A stretch of DNA of 63,456 nt, filler included, from Octopus bimaculoides (GCF_001194135.2; 6 parts of 6 records of this genome joined end to end with filler, not necessarily neighbours in it), one strand, 5' to 3'; numbered from the whole stretch's first letter, positions 1-13,145 are shown. The notes: generated by a model from the letters alone, not told the origin. Numbers and translations: made by a program.

Positions 1-32
1 CGCGAAAAAGGTTGAGAAATGCTGATCTATAA
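1..32. mobile_element. Right end of a hAT (Charlie-like) MITE, truncated by the window edge
   Basis: GGTTGAGAAATGCTG (10-24) is the reverse complement of a CAGCATTTCTCAACC hAT-type TIR. It is followed by ATCTATAA, which fits the NTCTANAN target preference. Confidence 0.5.
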
Positions 33-367
33 CGATGGTTTTTATTTAGGCACATCGTAAAAGTAATTATAATGAACTGCTTAATATAAAGAAAAGTATG
101 TTTTTTCAAGCAAATACAGTTAGAAAATATATTTACCATAAGGAGAAAGAGACAAAAATGAAATTACTCGTGTCAATTTTTTTTTCTTTCTAAAAACGTT
201 CTTTGACGTTAACTGGAGTATAGGGTTCGAGTAGAGGTCATTCCACCTTTTGATTTATCATTACCATTCTTTTCGTTCAATTTTATTTTTCCTCCACTTT
301 TGTGTTTTTTCTGTCCTTGTGTTGTTCCCTCTGTGTTTCGACCCTGTGTGGTTAATAAAAAGATTAA

Positions 368-717
368 GTCGTCAGATATGTATGTGTAGATGTGTATGCG
401 TGTGTATGTGTGTGTGTTTAATAACGCACCGTATATAGTATGTCTGTACTTTTGTATGCAGTATAAATTAAGGAAATAGAAGCACTTGTACAGAGAGACA
501 AAGAATTTTATATTTTACCTGCCAACTTTGCAACTGCTGCGATAATTATTAATCGGCCAAGGAACATTAAATGTGTATTGTTTTAAAGGAAATGAAAATA
601 AAATTTCGTATTGACACTTCACACATGTCAGTCGTCAGGTATGTATGCGTAGATCTGTGAGTGTTTAATAACGTACCGTGATAATATGCCTGTATTTTCG
701 TATGCAGTGTAAATTAA
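368..717 (+). repeat. Imperfect direct duplication (about 85-105 bp arms)
   Basis: 368-471 (gtcgtcagatatgtatgtgtagat...gtgtttaataacgcaccg...gtatgcagtataaattaa) recurs at 631-717 (gtcgtcaggtatgtatgcgtagat...gtgtttaataacgtaccg...gtatgcagtgtaaattaa). Confidence 0.75.
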
Positions 718-872
718 TCCCACCAAAATTACAGTATCGAAATGTGATTATTCACAGCCTTGGGGCTGAAACATGTAAAGGAATAAAAGAATAAAAGAAT
801 GTATGCTATATTTCTTGATATGCTTCGATATTGCTAAACAACAACAGCAAGAAACAGCAAGAACAAAAATGA

Positions 873-945
873 TTATTCCGGAGCATATTCATCATCTACT
901 TCAATTACTGCTTCCCATTTGCTTGGCAGACTGTCAGACCATCAT
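873..945 (-). mobile_element. Short mariner transposase C-terminal remnant
   Basis: Minus strand reads SLPSKWEAVIEVDDEYAPE-stop, resembling the LPxRWxxVxxxxGEY end of mariner transposases (compare SLPDGWKSIVENEGEYILD at 23480). Confidence 0.5.
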
Positions 946-1539
946 TTAAATATGTTTTTGTTAAATGTTGTTATTGTTTTTGTTAAATAAAATTTGGTGA
1001 AAATAAGTTGCAATAATTATACACCAGCCCAATAGTTTTTGTAAAGACATCATGGCTTAGTAAGAAAGAGGGGTGGATGTGGGGGTTCTTGTGATTAAGA
1101 CTATTTTATAAATCACAGAAATATAAATCGTAAAATCGACTTCACCGGAAATTTGAACTTGGAAACGAAGCTACCGTAACACGATAAAATACCTTGCACG
1201 AACACCACAGACTAACGCATCACAAAATATGTTATGCGATGCTCTACTGATTCTGATTCTTTAAAACAAAAAGTGATTTCAAACAAGGGCACACATTTTC
1301 CTGACAGGTCCTTTTAATAGATCCTTAAACATTTAAGTTATTAACTTCAGATGGATTAAAAGGAAAAAAAAAAAAACAGAAATTAATAAAACAAGGGAAA
1401 AGTCGGTTTCGAACACTGCACGGCACATTCCACACCGTTTTTGTGGCACCTGCCAAGCCACCACCTACCCAAACTAACTAATTATTGAAAGCAGTTGTTG
1501 CTCCTATTGTTGTCGATGCTGTTATGGGCTTCACAGCAA

Positions 1540-1880
1540 CGACAAATGCAGCAGCGACGAAACATCATCATCATCACCATCATCATCTGCAGCAGCGACA
1601 GTAACAGCAGCAGCAGCAGTAGTAGTATTATTGTCTGAAGTTGTTGCTGCTGTTATTCCTGCTGTTAATGCAGTTGCTGCTATTGTTGTTGTTGTTGTTG
1701 TTGTTGTTGCTACTGCCGTACCTGTTGTTGCAGTTTTTATTACTATTGTCGTTGGCGCCGCGGCTATTGTTGCTGCGGTTGCAGCTGCTGTCGTCGCTGT
1801 TTAGATGTTCTTATTGCTGTTGTTGTGTCTGCTGTCGTTGCTGTTACAGTTGTTGTAGTTGTTGTTGTTGCTACTGTTGT
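1540..1880. repeat. Compound trinucleotide microsatellite (CAT/CAG/TAG/GTT/GCT)
   Basis: Direct reading; it accounts for the poly-L/poly-C ORFs. Confidence 0.9.
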
Positions 1881-2064
1881 GCAAAATGAATTGGGCCCCT
1901 AATAAAAAATTAATGCATGATTTATGCAACGCGATGTTTTGCGACAGCAGCGATATAAACCTAGACAAAGATTGTTTCACTCTCACTCACTCACTCTCTT
2001 TATCTCTCTATCTTTTTACCTGTCTATCTATTTATCTCTGTCTGTCTGTCTGTTTATCTGTCTG

Positions 2065-2104
<40 letters not shown>

Positions 2105-2810
2105 GCACGCACACACACGTGTGCATATATTTATACACAGAAATGCGTTCCTACAACTGAATACACATCTAAAACACAAACAAGATATACTCCTGTATAG
2201 ATGTACACTCGAACGAACGCACCTCGCAAATGTGCATATACAGCCAAACATACATACGTACACATATACACACGCATACATACGCACTTGCGTACATACT
2301 TACAAGATACACAGATGCATACACATATTACAAGCATAGTTACATACAAGCATAACATTCATACATACCAGCATGCATACATCGATGCTTGCATACATAC
2401 ATATTTACATACGTGCCTACATATGTTTATGCATATATTCATACACTTTTAAAAATAAACACCAAACTTACACAAACACAGACACTGTCACGTGTATATA
2501 AGCGCATAATTGTAACAATATTTTCAAGAAGTTGATTTCCTCAACGACTCAACTGACTTCTCTTTCTGCTGGCTGGAACTCCTTTGAGAGTCCGACATAC
2601 AGATTAACACTCATAACAGAACGCTCTCGGGTGGCAATAAGACCAACAATTTCTGTTTCCAGTATCTATCACAGGAACACACAATAAGTTGAAGGTTTCA
2701 AGTTTTGTCATTGACTTGAAGCAATCTATAAGAGACAGGTAAATATAAATATAAATATTGTGTTTACGAATTGAATTTCCCCCAATTACTGGATTTCTGT
2801 TTGTATATAC

Positions 2811-3543
2811 TCTTTAACTCTTTAACAGGTTTCATTTCTAGAACAGAGGCCATGTAGGGGCACCACCGTTAAGCTTTGCTACAACTTAACTACTTGAAAC
2901 CGCCTCTGATATGTGGCATTTGGTGAATGAGATAGTTTGATGCTGCTGCCCTCATCTGCGTTTCCTGCGTGGGGTAGGCTTATCAGGAGATCCAGTTTTG
3001 TTTTGAAGACACCTACATCCACCCTCTGCAGGTCTCTCAGACTTATTGGGAAGATATTGAAGAGCTGTGGGTCCTTGAAACTCAAACTGTTGCAGTATCT
3101 GGTCCTGTCTTGATGGCGATGTTGGGATCTTTGGCACTATGCAGTTGCGCCACTTTCTGCTGTTTGTGTAACCTTCAGTGCCATAGTTTGGTAGAGTCTT
3201 TCGAGGATTCTCCAAATGACTATCACTGCCTATCTTTCCCACCTTTGTTCTCGGCAGTAGAGTCTTAACTTTTTCAGCTTTTCTCAGGAGCTGACTTGTC
3301 GCATTGAGACGATCTTCTTTGTATCGCTTCCCTGGATTGCCTCCAGTTCTGCTATAAATTTTACCCTTAGCTGGGAGCAGTAGTTTGAGCGGCTGAGATC
3401 ATATGTTTTCCAGAGGACCATCATGGTTTCGTGTTCTCTCGTTCTGAAAATGGTGAGGATCCACCCGACTAGCCGCCTGCAATTTATTGCCAACATATAA
3501 ATATGCACCTGGGAAGATGCATCATTACTTATGTCAATACCCA
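2811..3543 (-). mobile_element. CR1-like LINE 3' fragment (decayed ORF2 C-terminus, 3' tail, tandem terminal repeat)
   Basis: Minus frames give LGIDISND...RRLVGWILTIFRTREHETMMVLWKTY...ELEAIQ, then PQLFNIFPISLRDL...FKTKLDLL, typical of the CR1-clade ORF2 C-terminus. Ends in GGTGGTGCCCCTACATGGCC...GAAAC followed by (AAAGAGTT)x2. Confidence 0.85.
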
Positions 3544-3947
3544 ATATGTGTGTGTATGTATGTGTGTGTGTGTGTGTGCGCGTGCGCATGTATATGTATA
3601 TATATATATCGGAAGAAACAAGTGGAATTCAAAATTCTTAATACCTGTTTCGGTAGAATTTAATAGATGTATTCTTAGATTACATCATGGCAGAAACCTG
3701 CCACTGTGAGATTAAATTTTAAACATATAAGCAGGTACGGTAGTAGTAGATGGTGGTTAGTTAACCCTTAGGTTCATCAAAGGTTGTTGATGAATTGAAT
3801 TTTGCCGGAATAGGTGTAATGAATTTTTAATTCCACATGTTTCTTCTGATATATATATATATATATATATAGATAGATACATATACATGCGCGCGCACAC
3901 ACACACACATATATATGTATGTACGTTTGTATTTATATATATATATA

Positions 3948-4770
3948 TTGGGTCATCCCATAAATAATGCGCTTTTTTCAATTGCGTAAACTAAAAGTCG
4001 GAGGGGGACTGGATAAACTATCTGTATCAACTTGCTATAAAAGCAGGTAGTAATTTTACCTTGTGTTTATTCTTAGTGCAAGCTCTGAAGAGTGCAGTTC
4101 GACTTTAATAGCTATTTTTCCAAAGCTATAATGGAGGTGACAGAGGAGCAAATTCGACATATTTTGCTTTATGAGTTCAATAAAGTCAACAGCGCAACGG
4201 AAAGTGCGATGACTATTAATGCAGTACATGGGGATCGGACAATAAACGTAAGCCAGTGTCAACTGGGGTTCCAGAAATTATGAGCCGTAAACTACAGCCG
4301 AGAAGACGAGCCGCGTCCTAAAAAATCTGTAGAACTCGATGATGACGTCCCGCAAACTCTGGTAGAACAAAATTCCATCGTAACTGTTGAGAAACTCGCA
4401 GATAAGCTTCGATTTGGTCATTCAATCATTCATCGACACGTGCGTGCACTCGGAAAAGTTAGCAAATTGAGTCAATGGGTTCAACACAAACTTTCCGAGT
4501 TTAATCGCGCGCAGAGAGTGAATGCGTGCTCTTTTTTATTGTCACGCCTCATGAAGGAACTTTTGGACCGAACAGTGGCTGGTGACGAGAACTGGGTTTT
4601 CTATAAAAAATGTCAAGTCCCGAAGACATTGGGTAGGGAAAGGAGAAACACCGACACTACGGGCTAAAGAAGGTCCTCACCCACGTCAGGTGTTGTTATC
4701 TGTTCGGTGGGATATGAAAGGTTTAGTCCACTTTGTACTTTTAAACCCAAATCAAACGATAACAAAGGAT
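3948..4770 (+). mobile_element. Mariner transposon, 5' TIR plus N-terminal part of a decayed transposase
   Basis: TA|TTGGGTCATCCCATAAATAATGCG TIR in a (TA)n run. Frames give MEVTEEQIRHILLYEFNK (HTH), WVQHKL (WVPHEL motif), AGDENWVFY (first catalytic D region) and VLLSVRWD. Frameshifted; ends in (TA)n. Confidence 0.92.
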
Positions 4771-4845
4771 ATATATATATATATAAAAAGTATAAGGCGT
4801 AGACGAACTTCTAATCCAAAGTTGGTACAAAGTTGACACACATGC

Positions 4846-4925
<80 letters not shown>

Positions 4926-4939
4926 GGGTAAATATAGCG

Positions 4940-5640
4940 GCGTACGTACAACTTGTCTCTTATATGTAAGTATACATTTTTCTAAATCTTGTATGACTCT
5001 ATTTCTGTCTATCAGCCCCTTCACCCTTCTTCGTTCATTCCACTGTTCGTTCCTTCGTTCCCCCTCGCTCACATGTCTTTGCCTTCTCTTCTTACCCTCC
5101 ACTTTTCACTTCACTGTGTCCCTGACATTTTTTCTTGCCCCTCCCTAATTCTTTTGTCTCTCTGCCTCTATCACTCTCTCTTCTCTTCCCACGTGACCGG
5201 TGTTCGGCCAAGCGGGATCTTTCTTTCTTGACCGGCCGTTGTGCGTGCAACATCATTATTCCTCCCTGTGCTTGTGAAATCATATATTCCTGCCGTAAGG
5301 CCTTATTTCTACACACGCCAGCTTAATTTAATTCGTCCTTAGTCGAAAGACATCTGTTGTTATGTCCTATTTTACTATTTTTATTGTATTTGTGTAGCAT
5401 TGTTCGTTTTTTTCCGTCGTTGTTTTTTGTATACATTCGCTACTTTCTTCCAATGAATCTAATGCTCTTAGCTTAGTTTTTCCTTGGGGCTGGCCAGATT
5501 GGAGTAATATCGGGAATAACCAGCCGAGATTGCAAGGATAATCTGGATCTCGACTGAAGAGAGAAAACTCCGAATGACCTGTCTGTGTTTTCTTTGTATC
5601 GTCTATTGGTATGTTTTGTCCCTTTCTTGTATCACCTAAT
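4940..5640. mobile_element. Interspersed repeat, copy 1 (homologous to 47040-47700); class uncertain, possibly PLE-related
   Basis: Colinear blocks shared with 47040-47700, e.g. cagccccttcac, gtgttcggc, cacacgccagcttaatt.aattcgtccttagtcgaaa, ttttccttggggct, ataaccagccga, gataatctgga.ctcgactga.ga.agaaaactc.gaatgacc. Confidence 0.75.
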
Positions 5641-5676
5641 TGTCTAGATGTTTTGCGTCCTTGTTCCATTCTGTAT

Positions 5677-5738
<62 letters not shown>

Positions 5739-6112
5739 NNNNNNNNNNNNNNNNNNNNNNNNNNNNNNNNNNNNNNNNNNNNNNNNNNNNNNNNNNNNNN
5801 NNNNNNNNNNNNNNNNNNNNNNNNNNNNNNNNNNNNNNNNNNNNNNNNNNNNNNNNNNNNNNNNNNNNNNNNNNNNNNNNNNNNNNNNNNNNNNNNNNNN
5901 NNNNNNNNNNNNNNNNNNNNNNNNNNNNNNNNNNNNNNNNNNNNNNNNNNNNNNNNNNNNNNNNNNNNNNNNNNNNNNNNNNNNNNNNNNNNNNNNNNNN
6001 NNNNNNNNNNNNNNNNNNNNNNNNNNNNNNNNNNNNNNNNNNNNNNNNNNNNNNNNNNNNNNNNNNNNNNNNNNNNNNNNNNNNNNNNNNNNNNNNNNNN
6101 NNNNNNNNNNNN

Positions 6113-6179
<67 letters not shown>

Positions 6180-6751
6180 ATGTATGTATACGTAACGGAC
6201 ATAGAAAACACAATTTTCAATACGTAAACGAGTGTGTACATTTTATTAAAATCTGAATCTTCAAGAATTGTAAATCTGTTCCACGTCTTTGTTCTAGAAT
6301 TAAAACAATCATATACCTGACATGAAGTCTTACGAATACAGAAACCGAAGAACCATGTGTGTGTTTGTGTGGATGAGGGACAATGAGCGGAGAGAGAGAG
6401 AGAGTAAGTGGGTATTTGTTCGTGTGTATGTGTGCGTGTGTGTGGGTGCGTTCGTATGTGCATGGGCGTATATGACTGTGCGCATGATTATGTGTGTATA
6501 CGTGAATTCATTAATGTTTCTACTTATTGAATTTTTTGAACTTTCGTTACGGAAAAAGCGTTTATTTTTAGTAAAACCTTATCGTTGAAATTTAGATGGC
6601 AACATTTACATTTTAACATTATAATTGGGTGAGGGTCATTTTTTCCTAATTAAACACACGCACTATCTATACTTTAGTATTATCATTTTCATTTCTCTGA
6701 GTAGCAGTTTAAGCGATATGTTTGTGATGTTTTTGCATCTTTAATAATAAA

Positions 6752-6806
<55 letters not shown>

Positions 6807-6898
6807 TATATCCATACATATATGTACATACCTACATCTATCTGTATACATACATGCATATATGGTTACAGGATATCACAAAAAAATGTTAAACACAA

Positions 6899-7010
6899 TG
6901 AGAAAGGTAAAGTCGACCTCAGTAGAATTTGAACTCAGAACGTAGAGACGGACGAAATAGCGCTAAGCATTTCGTCCAGCGCGCTAACAATTCTGTCAGA
7001 TCGCGGTCTT
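6899..7010 (-). mobile_element. tRNA-derived SINE, 5' part
   Basis: Reverse complement matches the family at 37298 (ttagcgc...gacgaaatgcttagcgctatttcgtc...gttctgagttcaaattc...gaggtcgacttt). Confidence 0.85.
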
Positions 7011-8158
7011 TGACAATAATAATGATGAGAATGATGACGATGATGGTGGTGATGATAATGACGTCGACGACGATGATGATGATGATGATGATGATGATGA
7101 CGATGATGACGGTGGTGGTGATGATGGTTTCTTTTATTTGCTACTGGGACATCAATTGAGANNNNNNNNNNNNNNNNNNNNNNNNNNNNNNNNNNNNNNN
7201 NNNNNNNNNNNNNNNNNNNNNNNNNNNNNNNNNNNNNNNNNNNNNNNNNNNNNNNNNNNNNNNNNNNNNNNNNNNNNNNNNNNNNNNNNNNNNNNNNNNN
7301 NNNNNNNNNNNNNNNNNNNNNNNNNNNNNNNNNNNNNNNNNNNNNNNNNNNNNNNNNNNNNNNNNNNNNNNNNNNNNNNNNNNNNNNNNNNNNNNNNNNN
7401 NNNNNNNNNNNNNNNNNNNNNNNNNNNNNNNNNNNNNNNNNNNNNNNNNNNNNNNNNNNNNNNNNNNNNNNNNNNNNNNNNNNNNNNNNNNNNNNNNNNN
7501 NNNNNNNNNNNNNNNNNNNNNNNNNNNNNNNNNNNNNNNNNNNNNNNNNNNNNNNNNNNNNNNNNNNNNNNNNNNNNNNNNNNNNNNNNNNNNNNNNNNN
7601 NNNNGGGAGGAAAGTTAACAACAATTACATAATCTCCAAGTAGAATAAAAATTTCACAATTATATATGTACGTGTGTGTGTGTGCGCGTGTTTGTATGTG
7701 TGTGCGTGTGTGTGTGTGTGCGCGTGTTTGTATGTGTGTGCGTGTGTGTGTGTGTGCGTGTGTTTGTATGTGTGTGCGTGTGTGTGTGCGCGCGTGTGTG
7801 TGTGTGTGTGCGCGTGTTTGTATGTGTGTGCGTGTGTTTGTGTGTGTGTGTGTGTGTGTATACATATGTGTGTATGTATGTGTGTGTACATATATTTGTA
7901 TGTATGTATGTATGTATGTATGTATGTATGTATTTATGTATGTATGGATGTATACGTACAGAATAATACACATATTTCAGTCATTGAGTAACACTGTGCA
8001 TTCTAGTGTATAACGTTTTGTGAACTGACTGAATATATACATACATACATATATATAAACGCACACATACACTGATATATACAAATACGGATATACATAT
8101 ACGTATATGCAAACACACACACATATATACATACACATATATACATATATATATATGA

Positions 8159-8199
<41 letters not shown>

Positions 8200-8224
8200 C
8201 ACATATATACATATATATATATGA

Positions 8225-8257
<33 letters not shown>

Positions 8258-9880
8258 CATACACATATACATGCATATGCACAATCTACGGAAATGCTTG
8301 GCATATGCTTGGTGGGACATCATCATCATTACCATCATCATTACCATCATCATTACCATCATCATTACCATCATCATTACCATCATCATCATCATCATCA
8401 TCATCGACAACAACAGCTGCAGCAGCATTATTCCAGTCGCTGTTGCATTTTTGTTTGTTTGTTTTTTTTCTTCTTTTTGTTTGTTTTTTTTCGTTGATGA
8501 TCAAGTAAAATGTTAAAAGCAAAAAAAAAAAAAATTATGTTTTCATTAATAGGTAATCATTAAGTCTCCCTCACTTGTTTTCTTTCTTTTGTTGTTTTTT
8601 TTTTTTTTGTTTTCGTTTTTTGGTACAAACTTCATTTCCAACAATGTTTGAATAATTGTCAACAAACTTTCTCAACAATAACAATAACAACAATAATTTT
8701 CCTCCTCCTCCTCCTCCTACTACTACTACTACTACTACTACTACTAACAATAATACTACTAACAATAATATTGATTGCAACAACAACGACAATAATAGTA
8801 AATATAATGATAATAATAATAATAATTCTCATTTTTGTTATTACACTTCTTCTCTCTTAGTGGTGAATAAAGAAAAGATTATTATTATTATTATTATTAT
8901 CATTATTATTATCATTATTATTATCATTATTATTATTATTATTATCATTATTATTATCATTATTATTATTATTAACTGGCGTTACCAGCTCCATCCCATT
9001 CATATCAACAACGTTGTCGTCGTCGTCGTCATCATCGTCATCATCATCAACGTCGTCAATATCAGTGTCATCGTCATCACTATTGTCACGGCCGGCGTGG
9101 TCGGCGTGGTCGGCGCGGTCGTGGTTGTCGCCGTCGTCATCGCCGCCGCCGACGAAGTGATCGTCGTCGTCGTCGTTGTGGCGATTGTATCTGTAGACTT
9201 TTACAAAAGAAGTGAAAACAAGGCCGTTGAAAAGTGGTACCGAAAGGCCATAACTAGACGCACAACAACCAGTCAACCGAACAAGCAAATCAGTCAACCA
9301 TCCATTCAGCCAGCCACCCAACCAGCTAACCAACCAACCAACCAACAAACCAATCAAAAAAACAAACAAACAAACAGTTTATTTAAATCCCACACTTAAA
9401 AATAAGTCTTTATTTATTTAGTTGTATATTTATAACTTTTTCTAAAATTTTATTTTCAATTTCACAGAAACTCTTATTTATTTTTCTATTTATTTCTTTT
9501 CTTCTGTTGCGTTCATTTTATTTTTTCCTTTGGTTTTTCAATCTGTTATTTGTTTATTTGATTTATTTTCTGCTTGATTTTCGTTGTTATTTCTGTTTGT
9601 TGTTTTGTTTTGTTTTGTTTTAATATAATTTTGTTGACTAGTCTATTGGAGGGAGTGCATCCCGATTGTAATCACAATAGGTAGGTGAATATATTTATTT
9701 ATTTTACTGATTTCAAATTGATTGATTTGTATCGTCTTTATCTCTCTCTTTCTCTTACTCATTCATATATATATANNNNNNNNNNNNNNNNNNNNNNNNN
9801 NNNNNNNNNNNNNNNNNNNNNNNNNNNNNNNNNNNNNNNNNNNNNNNNNNNNNNNNNNNNNNNNNNNNNNNNNNNATATA

Positions 9881-9913
<33 letters not shown>

Positions 9914-10178
9914 ATGTATGTACACACGATATTGATCATACACATACATATACGACACATGCACGCACAAACTACAGTATATGCCAACAGCTTTACATAA
10001 ACGCTTCTGCTTAATATCCAATAGAATAACATGCTTACAGGCACAAATTTGGTGACGTGTATATGCATACACATAGACGCACACACATACACAGAGACTA
10101 GTGCAAGCAAACCAGCAGTGTGCACACAAATACATACTCACACACATGTACATGCATAATACATACATACAATTCTAT

Positions 10179-10395
10179 CTGGCGAGCTTGCAGAATCGTT
10201 AGCATACTGGAAACAAAATGCTTAGTGGCATTTCGTCTGCTTTTACGTTCTGAGTTCAAATTCTGCCGAGGTGGACTTCACCTTTCATTCATTCAAGGTT
10301 GATAAAATAAGTACCAATTGAGCACTGGGGTCGATATCAATGATTTACCCTCTCCCTCGAAATTTCAGGCATTGTGTCAAAATTTGAAACCATTA
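10179..10395 (+). mobile_element. tRNA-derived SINE (dominant family), near full length
   Basis: A-box-like TTGCAGAATCG, B-box GAGTTCAAATTC, central gccgaggtggacttcacctttcattc...ggttgataaaataagtacc, and 3' aaatttcaggcattgtgtc-aaaatttgaaaccatta. Confidence 0.9.
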
Positions 10396-10588
10396 ACATA
10401 TTTTACAATTCGCAGGCTTTCCTGTTTAGTATACATAGTATGGAGTTAAAGATTTACATATACGCTGCATGTATGTATGTATGTATAAATGAATAAGTGA
10501 ATGTGTGTTCATGTGAGTGTACGTATATATGTACAGACACACATNNNNNNNNNNNNNNNNNNNNNNNNNNNNNNNNNNNNNNNNNNNN

Positions 10589-10600
10589 TTAATTAATTAA
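10589..10600. other. Assembly gap linker TTAATTAATTAA in a 100-bp N pad (also 20329-20340, 29632-29643, 33485-33496, 57655-57666)
   Basis: Identical 12-mer with stops in all six frames, each flanked by exactly 44 N per side. Artificial scaffolding marker. Confidence 0.93.
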
Positions 10601-10880
10601 NNNNNNNNNNNNNNNNNNNNNNNNNNNNNNNNNNNNNNNNNNNNTGCCTTAGGTATAATAAAAAAATATTCAGACAAATACATAACAAAAATACCAGGAC
10701 TTACAAATATATATAACATACAGAAAATTGCACTACTGGGTACTGCACACATTCTACGCAAAACACTTTCAATACAGTAAACATAAGAGCACCACAGCAA
10801 ACCACAGCACATACCCAAGGCGCACAGAGCTGCGCTCGGTAGTGAAGTGGAAGCACGTTATAAAAATAAAACTACTGAAC

Positions 10881-10924
<44 letters not shown>

Positions 10925-11455
10925 TGATGATGATGATGATGATGAATACATCGAGGCTCCTTTCTATTAAAGTCGCAAGGTTTGAAATTTTCTGGCTTTG
11001 GTGTCAAACTGTACCCGTTTGTGAAGATTCGATGCGGGAATAATGTTGTTACTCTTAACAATAATCTTCATGTAAGTCTTTGAAAAGTTGTAGTACTGTA
11101 AACCCAACAGTTGACCTTCAAATACCAGCTGACCTCTGATAGGGTCGGCGCAACCACTTTAGGTACGATGTCTCAACAAAAGTAACGGTAATTGTATCAC
11201 CTCATCATCGCAACATTCTATATGAGTGAAAATGCCAAATAGAAAATGATCTGAACAATAATGAGAATGAGATTGGAATTGTTAACGGTGAGGATCTCTC
11301 GCATGGCAGGAACGAAAATAGCAGATTTGGCTATATTGGAGAGAATGAAAGATGTGGTTTGGAAAGGGAATGTTTGACGGAACTGGACAAAGACTAAGTG
11401 AACAAGAATACTGGTTAAGAGCAGTAGAAACAATAATATCAACAACAACAATAAT

Positions 11456-11545
11456 ATCGTTTCGAAATCTTGGCCAGCAATTTCGAGGGTAGATGACTAA
11501 GTCGATTTCATCGACCGCTAATGTTCAACTGGAAGTTTTATCTTA
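11456..11545 (-). mobile_element. SINE 3' fragment (dominant family)
   Basis: Reverse complement resembles ...ccagttgaacattagcggtcgatgaaatcgacttagtc...aaattgctggccaagatttcgaaac. Confidence 0.55.
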
Positions 11546-11596
11546 ACGAAGAATGTAAAAATAAGTTAACAGTAATAATAAAGAAGCTTCACTTAC

Positions 11597-11894
11597 TTCT
11601 ATAGAAGGACATCTCGTTGCTGTCATTCGTGCTGACGACTGTCATTATATTTTTCGGTGAGTAATTCTTACAAACATGGCTGACTTTGTGGTAAGTAAAG
11701 AATTCTGATTGGTTGTTTAGAGCGATGCCGGCACATTGCAGTAGACTTGATACGGTGGAGAATTGTTGTGTTGGAGGTGTCTGAAGATAACCATAGGAAT
11801 AACCAGGTCCCAAACTGTTGTAGAAATCGTCTTTAAGTTCTTGATCAGAGGTAACAGCCAGGATTGTTGTAAGGGTTAAGAGCAGCACTTCCAT
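11597..11894 (-). CDS. Coding exon of a probable secreted protein: signal peptide plus PAN/apple-like Cys motif; downstream exons not identified
   Basis: Minus strand: pyrimidine tract ttcctgtttccctttacccgtcCAG| (exon starts 11899), ATG at 11894, and 99 open codons MEVLLLTLTTILAVTS-DQELKDDFY...SSLLQCAGIALNNQSEFFTYHKVSHVCKNYSP...EMSFYR. A phase-1 donor A|GTAAGT follows at 11597/11596. Non-repetitive, with a hydrophobic N-terminus. Confidence 0.72.
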
Positions 11895-12973
11895 TGCAGC
11901 TGGACGGGTAAAGGGAAACAGGAACATTCTTGGCTCTGAGATTACTAGAGAGAGACAGATGGGGAAAGAAATGGCCTGAAAGAAAGAAAGGATGGAATGG
12001 TGAGAGATATGGGGAGAGGGTAAGAGAAAGTCAGAAAGGGTGNNNNNNNNNNNNNNNNNNNNNNNNNNNNNNNNNNNNNNNNNNNNNNNNNNNNNNNNNN
12101 NNNNNNNNNNNNNNNNNNNNNNNNNNNNNNNNNNNNNNNNNNNNNNNNNNNNNNNNNNNNNNNNNNNNNNNNNNNNNNNNNNNNNNNNNNNNNNNNNNNN
12201 NNNNNNNNNNNNNNNNNNNNNNNNNNNNNNNNNNNNNNNNNNNNNNNNNNNNNNNNNNNNNNNNNNNNNNNNNNNNNNNNNNNNNNNNNNNNNNNNNNNN
12301 NNNNNNNNNNNNNNNNNNNNNNNNNNNNNNNNNNNNNNNNNNNNNNNNNNNNNNNNNNNNNNNNNNNNNNNNNNNNNNNNNNNNNNNNNNNNNNNNNNNN
12401 NNNNNNNNNNNNNNNNNNNNNNNNNNNNNNNNNNNNNNNNNNNNNNNNNNNNNNNNNNNNNNNNNNNNNNNNNNNNNNNNNNNNNNNNNNNNNNNNNNNN
12501 NNNNNNNNNNNNNNNNNNNNNNNNNNNNNNNNNNNNNNNNNNNNNNNNNNNNNNNNNNNNNNNNNNNNNNNNNNNNNNNNNNNNNNNNNNNNNNNNNNNN
12601 NNNNNNNNNNNNNNNNNNNNNNNNNNNNNNNNNNNNNNNNNNNNNNNNNNNNNNNNNNNNNNNNNNNNNNNNNNNNNNNNNNNNNNNNNNNNNNNNNNNN
12701 NNNNNNNNNNNNNNNNNNNNNNNNNNNNNNNNNNNNNNNNNNNNNNNNNNNNNNNNNNNNNNNNNNNNNNNNNNNNNNNNNNNNNNNNNNNNNNNNNNNN
12801 NNNNNNNNNNNNNNNNNNNNNNNNNNNNNNNNNNNNNNNNNNNNNNNNNNNNNNNNNNNNNNNNNNNNNNNNNNNNNNNNNNNNNNNNNNNNNNNNNNNN
12901 NNNNNNNNNNNNNNNNNNNNNNNNNNNNNNNNNNNNNNNNNNNNNNNNNNNNNNNNNNNNNNNNNNNNNNNNN

Positions 12974-13145
12974 ACAGAAGGCTTGTGTTACATGGTTAAA
13001 GTATATATTTAAATTATGTCAGAAAAATGTTAGAAAAATGTTAGAAAATCTTTTTGGTATATAAACATTGTATTTTGAGAAATAACCGGTTTCGTGTTGT
13101 CTTTTCAAATTTCTCTACTTCATTGTGTCGTGTTCGCTCCAGTCT
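12974..13145 (-). mobile_element. PLE-like terminal repeat fragment, near-identical to 57295-57477
   Basis: About 170 bp shared; differences are mostly in the number/sequence of 11-bp AAAAATGTTA(G/T) units plus one substitution. Contains a hammerhead motif. Confidence 0.7.
13077..13115 (-). ncRNA. Minimal type I hammerhead ribozyme motif, U3-A8 core variant
   Basis: Minus: GAGAAAT-TTGAAAA-G(ACAACA)C-GAA-ACCGGT-T-ATTTCTC. Perfect 7-bp stem I, palindromic stem III, GUU cleavage triplet. Confidence 0.6.

Noticed and set aside
9000-9200. CpG/GC-rich stretch resembling a coding island
   Set aside because: Cryptic GTC/GCC/ATC trinucleotide repeat embedded among other microsatellites; no splice sites or domain.
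11218-11451. Hydrophobic 77-aa minus-strand ORF next to the real exon
   Set aside because: Starts in a TTG/ATT microsatellite; no recognisable motif or supporting splice signals.
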